A DNA stretch of 45,590 nucleotides, taken from IMG/VR virus record IMGVR_UViG_3300031228_000012, positions 1 to 45,590 of that record, one strand, 5' to 3'. How positions within the stretch are numbered: position 1 is the stretch's first letter; each line of letters opens with the position of its first letter. This DNA comes from a virus. The notes beneath the pieces are model-generated. The model saw only the letters and a program-made list of their open reading frames with translations. It was not told the DNA's origin and made no database searches. A program made the position numbers and the translations under genes. Shown here one piece after another: positions 40,856 through 45,590 of the stretch.

Positions 40856-43194
40856 TGACCTGGCAGCCCAGCAGTGTGGTGGAAGAGGAGTGGGGCTGGA
40901 TTCAGGTGGTGATCGGGGGGCGCCAGCGGAATATGTTCCGGGGTGCTCACACGATGATCGAGGAGTACTCGCTCGAAGAGCCGTACACCTACGGCCCTGC
41001 CACCCTGCTCTTCCCGTCGATCTACGAGTTCGACGTGCTGGGTGAGGGGGACCTGGACTGGCTCCACCCCAACGCTCACGTAGAGCTGAACCGCATCGGC
41101 CCCGAGGGGAACCGCAGGAAGACCCTGTGGGCCGGGTTCGTCATGCTGTGGGACCAGGGGCCAGAAGGCTGCCGCGTCTCGTGTGGCGGCGCCTTCTCCG
41201 GGCGCCTGGGGATCTGGCAGCACCGTGTACCGCTCGTGGACAAGGAGCGGGACGTGCTCGACCACGTCACCCGAGAGGTCTGGTCCGGTAAGGGCCAGGG
41301 CGGCATGACATACACGCCGCACGTACAGAGTGGCATCTCCACCCGCAAGCGCGGCTCCAGGAGCCAGACAGCGCTTGACTTCCTGGACGAGATGCTGGCC
41401 GAAGCCCAGACAGCGGACGGTGGCCAGTGGACGATCTACAAGAAGTCCGGCATGCGCCACTTCTCGGCCAAGCTGAAGGACCGCACCACCCAGGACGCCA
41501 CGGTGCACGTCGGCGGCCGGGGAGTTGTGGTTAACCTCCGCAAGGACCCCACCGCCAACCCCAACGTCATGTACGGCGAGGGCGTTGCCAGCAACGGCGG
41601 CCGGTGGGGCGGGACGGTGTACCCCAACCTGCTGCCCGAGACCCTGCCCGCGTACCCGTACACCGACACGTCGAGAGACGTGGTGCTCGGGGACACCGAC
41701 GACACCGTGGACCGCTGGGGACAGATCCGCGTCTGGCACGTCGAGCTGGCCTCGAACGGCCGGTACTCGTGGTTCCCCTCGGACCGTGACGGCGTGACCA
41801 TGGCCGTCTACGGCCAGGACTCCGTCGAGGCTTGCGAGAAACTTCAGGAGGACGTCGGCCTGCCTGTCACGGGTCGGCTGGACTACGCGACCTGGCAGGC
41901 GACCTGGCAGAACGGCCTCAACGGCTCCGACCTGTCGGGCGCGCACTACTCGCCCCTGGCCTACGGCCCCGGGCTCCATCGGTTCCGCACCAACATCAAC
42001 GGTTCGGTGATCGGGCGGGACCCGAACTTCGACCCGCAGGCGATGCGGGTCGAGGGCTTCCTCTCGTTCGGTGAGGGCGTGCGTAAGGAGCGTGGCCGCA
42101 AGGACGCTAAGAAGATCGTGACCAAGAACGCCAACCCCGGTTGGTACGGCACGATCGATCTGACTTGTGACCCGGAAGAGATGAGCCGTCTTGAGCTTGA
42201 GGCGGGGATGAACATCAGGCCCCGTCGCTGGGCATCAGGTCCCACAGGCCAGGGTCCGCTGCTCCACATCGCAGGTATCACCGTTCGGCCCGAAGATGAG
42301 GGCTGTCCGGTCTCCCTGACCGTGGACGAGCGGGCACGTGACCTGCTGACTGTCGCGCAGATCATCCAGCGTGACCGGGAAGCTCGTCAGGACCCTGCGA
42401 AGAACATCCTGAACCAGAGGCGCCAGTCCACCACGTCGCACGACTCGTTCGTCGGCTGGGACTCGGAGGCCGGCGCGGGGCTTGTCCCGCACCGACAGGT
42501 TCACGGCGGGCGCTGGACGATTATCAAGGTCGTCGGCGCACAGTTCGGTCGTCTGATCGGCATCGACGTACACACCGACCACCCTCGGCGCCTTGCCGTG
42601 GCCATCTTCGGTAACGAGGTACACGCGGAACTGCTCAACAACATCATCCCAGACCCCCTCACGGAGGTCGTGGTCGGTGATGCCGGGTACGTGAAGCGGG
42701 GCCAGGTCAGCGCTGCTGCCTGGGACATCCTTCTCGACAACGCCTGGTACCAGGACGGCGATGACGGCCTGGACGCCCTCTACCCACCCTCTGCCTACGG
42801 CGGTTCGGTGATCTGGGGCGACGTCACGACGGCCGAGTGGAACGCCCTGCTCATCGCAGGCTGGGGTGGCAAAGCGGACGACGGCCAAGAGGCTCTTTAC
42901 CGGCCAGACCCGGCGCGTAAGTATGCCCCGTTCAACCTGCCGCGTATCCAGGATGTCCTCGAAGACAGACAGTGGCTGGAGTCGTGGGGCGGGCCGGAGC
43001 AGGCCGCCGGGTATTGGCCCGGGCAGGAGACGAACGAGCGCGGCGAGAAGAAGCACCCGTTGACCGGACGTCTACGGGACTCGGCGTCGGCAGAGTTCGC
43101 ATCCGGCCAGGCTCCCTGGCTCTGGATGGCCGTCTACGTGGACGGCGAAGACACCAACATCAGTGGCCGATTGTACGCAGCAAGCGAGGAGTAA
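40855..43194 (+). CDS. Large minor tail protein with peptidoglycan-binding-like domain
   Basis: 779 aa. ACEKLQEDVGLPVTGRLDYATWQATW resembles PG_binding_1. Confidence 0.75.
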   Translation: MTWQPSSVVEEEWGWIQVVIGGRQRNMFRGAHTMIEEYSLEEPYTYGPATLLFPSIYEFDVLGEGDLDWLHPNAHVELNRIGPEGNRRKTLWAGFVMLWDQGPEGCRVSCGGAFSGRLGIWQHRVPLVDKERDVLDHVTREVWSGKGQGGMTYTPHVQSGISTRKRGSRSQTALDFLDEMLAEAQTADGGQWTIYKKSGMRHFSAKLKDRTTQDATVHVGGRGVVVNLRKDPTANPNVMYGEGVASNGGRWGGTVYPNLLPETLPAYPYTDTSRDVVLGDTDDTVDRWGQIRVWHVELASNGRYSWFPSDRDGVTMAVYGQDSVEACEKLQEDVGLPVTGRLDYATWQATWQNGLNGSDLSGAHYSPLAYGPGLHRFRTNINGSVIGRDPNFDPQAMRVEGFLSFGEGVRKERGRKDAKKIVTKNANPGWYGTIDLTCDPEEMSRLELEAGMNIRPRRWASGPTGQGPLLHIAGITVRPEDEGCPVSLTVDERARDLLTVAQIIQRDREARQDPAKNILNQRRQSTTSHDSFVGWDSEAGAGLVPHRQVHGGRWTIIKVVGAQFGRLIGIDVHTDHPRRLAVAIFGNEVHAELLNNIIPDPLTEVVVGDAGYVKRGQVSAAAWDILLDNAWYQDGDDGLDALYPPSAYGGSVIWGDVTTAEWNALLIAGWGGKADDGQEALYRPDPARKYAPFNLPRIQDVLEDRQWLESWGGPEQAAGYWPGQETNERGEKKHPLTGRLRDSASAEFASGQAPWLWMAVYVDGEDTNISGRLYAASEE

Positions 43195-43197
43195 GGG

Positions 43198-44355
43198 ATG
43201 CCCTGGTCTGATTGGCAAGTGCGGCCAATGGCCCAGTACGTATCAGACTGGGTCACTGGAGACCTCAACAGCCGCAAGTACACGGCGACAGGCGGTGGTG
43301 CCTCGTGGGGCCGTGCTGACCCGGGTGCCTGGGATAGTTTCGTTCCCGCAGCACACGAGGCCGCCCACACAGCGGCGGCTTCGGGGCAGAACGCCGAAGA
43401 CAGCTTCGGGCTGGGCACTCTCCAGCCACCCTCCGGGTTGGCCAGGGGTGCCGCTCGAAGCGGCTGGCGGTCCGGCGCGTATCCACCGGGATGGGGCGAG
43501 TATTACGAGTCACAGGTATACGTGGGTGCCCAGGCATCTACATGGCGGGGTGTCCCCGAGATCGAGTTCTCACACGAGCCCCGGTTCTTCTGGGACTCAG
43601 ACGTCGCGCGCTTCGGAGAAGAGGGCGTCGACTGGGGCTGGACCATAGACCCCGAGACTGGCGAGGAAGTTGCCTCCCAGTGGGAGAACACCACCGACTT
43701 CGAGGCCGTTTCTGGCTCGGGGATTCTCCAGGGCCTTGCGAGTGTCCGAATCAACCCCAACACCGCATCGACGTCTGAGGTCTCCACAGGAGTGGATATT
43801 GCAGTCGTGACCAACAACACCTGGCCGGCGCAGCCCTTGCGGTACAGCACCGACCCGGCAAGCCCGAACTATCTGGGCTCACTCGGCTGGGACGACAACG
43901 GCGGTTCAATTCTTCCGCTGGGTAGAATCGTAGCGGCAGCAAACGCAACCACCGGGGCCGACCGAAGGGTGGAGTCCCCGAACCTTGCGCTCTCACAGGT
44001 TGATACGAACCTGTGGTTGTGGGACGGCTCGTTTCCGACCGAATTCCTGACACAGGGCAATAACTTCTCCATCACCACCTACGGCGTGCCCGATGAAGCG
44101 GTCGGCACCATCCCCCCGTTTATGGGCGGGGGAGCCTCCTCCGCTACGGGGGGCAAGGAGGGCGGGATCGAGGCCCTATGGTCCCTTCGCCTTACGGCGT
44201 CGTTCCTGTTCCCTCGGTGGCGCTACTGGATTCCGGGTGGGCGTCCTCCCATGCGTCAACGCCAGCGCCCCTCAGGTTCTCGTGGTGATTGGTCACTGCG
44301 TCAGCGGCAGAGTGCATCGGGCGTGGCCCGCTTCCGAGCCAACGGAAACATCTAA
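43198..44355 (+). CDS. Minor tail protein / hypothetical (385 aa)
   Basis: GAGGAG RBS. Last large gene of the tail module. Confidence 0.65.
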   Translation: MPWSDWQVRPMAQYVSDWVTGDLNSRKYTATGGGASWGRADPGAWDSFVPAAHEAAHTAAASGQNAEDSFGLGTLQPPSGLARGAARSGWRSGAYPPGWGEYYESQVYVGAQASTWRGVPEIEFSHEPRFFWDSDVARFGEEGVDWGWTIDPETGEEVASQWENTTDFEAVSGSGILQGLASVRINPNTASTSEVSTGVDIAVVTNNTWPAQPLRYSTDPASPNYLGSLGWDDNGGSILPLGRIVAAANATTGADRRVESPNLALSQVDTNLWLWDGSFPTEFLTQGNNFSITTYGVPDEAVGTIPPFMGGGASSATGGKEGGIEALWSLRLTASFLFPRWRYWIPGGRPPMRQRQRPSGSRGDWSLRQRQSASGVARFRANGNI

Positions 44356-44408
44356 CTACTCCCCCGGCAGCCCGCCTGGTTCAGGCTGCCCAACGACAAG
44401 AGACCTAC

Positions 44409-44648
44409 ATGACAGACGAGACCCCCGGCACGGTCGTCATCACGACCCGGGAGATTTACGACACGCTGCTCGGAATCCGTGAGGACCTTCGAGGCATGTC
44501 CACCACCCTGCCGAACCACAAGGACATGCTGGATGACCACGAGTCCCGGATTCGGTCGCTGGAGCGGGCGAAGTACTGGATCGCCGGCGTAGCCGCCGTC
44601 ATGGGCGCTGGCGCCACAGAGGCGCTGAGCCGAATACCCGGACTGTAA
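44409..44648 (+). CDS. Small protein with C-terminal TM segment, weak holin candidate
   Basis: Internal ATG of track ORF 44289... Coiled-coil region followed by YWIAGVAAVMGAGATEAL. It lies immediately upstream of the endolysin. Confidence 0.5.
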   Translation: MTDETPGTVVITTREIYDTLLGIREDLRGMSTTLPNHKDMLDDHESRIRSLERAKYWIAGVAAVMGAGATEALSRIPGL

Positions 44649-44657
44649 AGGACGACA

Positions 44658-45590
44658 ATGACACAGTTCCTACTCGACATCTCCCACTGGCAGGGCGGCA
44701 ATCCTGACCTCGCGCAGGCTAAGCGTGAGGGGATTGTCGGCGTCATCCTCAAGGCCACCCAGGGCTCCAGCTTCGTAGACTCGGACTTCACGTCCAACCT
44801 CGCCCGTGCCCGTGCAGCGGGCTTGCTCGTCGCTGCGTACCACTACCAGGAGGCGAGCGTCAGCGCTGCCGCACAGGTGGCGCACATCAAGAGGAACATC
44901 CCCCAGGACGTCCCGGTTATCCCGGACGTCGAACACGGTAGCGGGCACACGAACAAGACCCGGACCATCGTCAAGCTCCTCAAGGAGGCTGGCTACCAGG
45001 TCCCGCTGTCGTATATCCCCGGGTGGTATTGGCAGTCGATCGGCTCCCCGAGCCTCGCTGGACTCCCCCCGCTCTGGGCGTCCCGGTACCCCGACAACGT
45101 CCAGAGCTACTACAAGGACGAGTACGCCCAGGTCGAGCGCTCGTTCATGCACTTCTGGGACAGCTACGGCGGGCTCGACGTCAAGCTGCTCCAGTTCACC
45201 AGCTCGGGCCGAGTGGCCGGATACGGCCCTCTGGACGTCAACGCATTCCGTGGAACCTACGCAGAACTCGAAGCCCTGTTCACAGGGAAGAATGGAAGTG
45301 AGGACGAATTGTCCGCTGAGCAGTACAAGGCACTCAACAACAAGCTGACTGAACTCCTTACCGCCGTCCAGAAGGTCCCGGCGCAGTCCGCTACGGAGCT
45401 GCTGAACCGCGACGTCATCGACGTCCCGTTCGAGTCCGAGGACAAGCAGTGGAAGGTGAAGTACGCGCTGGCCGGTATCTGGCGCCAGGCTGACGCTGCC
45501 CGCGATGCTGCGCTGAACGACGGCACGGTAGACGTCTCTGCGCTAGCCGACGAGCTGCTGCCGCACCTACAGGGTGCGCTGGCAACCGTG
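44658..45590 (+). CDS. Endolysin, N-terminal GH25 muramidase domain (3' end continues at 2..196; full length about 333 aa)
   Basis: AAAGGA RBS. LLDISHWQG, VILKATQG, AAYHY, LLQFTSSGRVAGYGPLDVNAF. The ORF is open to the window end, which is why it is absent from the track. Confidence 0.9.
   Translation, partial: MTQFLLDISHWQGGNPDLAQAKREGIVGVILKATQGSSFVDSDFTSNLARARAAGLLVAAYHYQEASVSAAAQVAHIKRNIPQDVPVIPDVEHGSGHTNKTRTIVKLLKEAGYQVPLSYIPGWYWQSIGSPSLAGLPPLWASRYPDNVQSYYKDEYAQVERSFMHFWDSYGGLDVKLLQFTSSGRVAGYGPLDVNAFRGTYAELEALFTGKNGSEDELSAEQYKALNNKLTELLTAVQKVPAQSATELLNRDVIDVPFESEDKQWKVKYALAGIWRQADAARDAALNDGTVDVSALADELLPHLQGALATV
45464..45590. repeat. Second copy of the 127-bp terminal repeat
   Basis: Identical to 1..127. 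Confidence 0.95.

Overview
The window is a complete, circularly closed genome of a temperate, siphovirus-type actinobacteriophage. The first 127 bp are identical to the last 127 bp, leaving about 45,463 bp of unique sequence. An actinobacterial host is inferred from the high GC content, GGAGG-type ribosome-binding sites, frequent GTG/TTG starts and many 4-nt ATGA/GTGA gene overlaps.

Layout:
(1) Rightward (+) late arm, 23.66-45.59 kb: T5orf172/GIY-YIG-like protein, HNH endonuclease, a repeat-rich putative cos region and TerS. A 1.6-kb insertion zone follows, holding two small ORFs, a 330-bp non-coding stretch, three tRNAs (Asp, Asn, Trp) and a DUF1353 membrane protein. After that come TerL, portal, MuF-like protein, scaffold, major capsid, four head-tail joining genes, major tail protein, G/GT tail chaperones with a -1 frameshift, a 1000-aa tape measure, six minor tail genes, a small membrane protein and a GH25 endolysin. 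The endolysin ORF runs off the window end and finishes at 2..196.
(2) Lysogeny module, 0.2-3.1 kb, bounded by two near-identical bidirectional terminator hairpins. It holds a Bxb1-like large serine integrase (-), weakly supported small ORFs, and one independently terminated + strand gene.
(3) Leftward (-) early/replication arm, 3.1-22.96 kb, with about 55 mostly tiny, translationally coupled genes. Recognisable products are a HAD phosphatase, two nucleotide pyrophosphohydrolases, family A DNA polymerase, HTH proteins, a sigma-like protein, a metallophosphoesterase (candidate RDF), a compact C5 DNA methyltransferase, endonuclease VII, a prim-pol/helicase and a Cas4/RecB-like exonuclease. A lower-GC island at about 17.5-23 kb contains ORFans.
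(4) A 700-bp non-coding divergent control region, 22,962-23,657, dense with repeats and hairpins.

Most interesting non-gene signals:
- a regularly built inverted-repeat unit (CCTTTA-N20-TAAAGG) that spans stop codons and ribosome-binding sites of the leftward arm;
- three copies of a structured intergenic element of about 56 nt with compensatory substitutions;
- an array of hairpins displaying CGTAGA loops;
- a reading-frame switch at a GGGG run inside the endonuclease VII gene.

All functional calls rest on motif recognition by eye. No database search was run.
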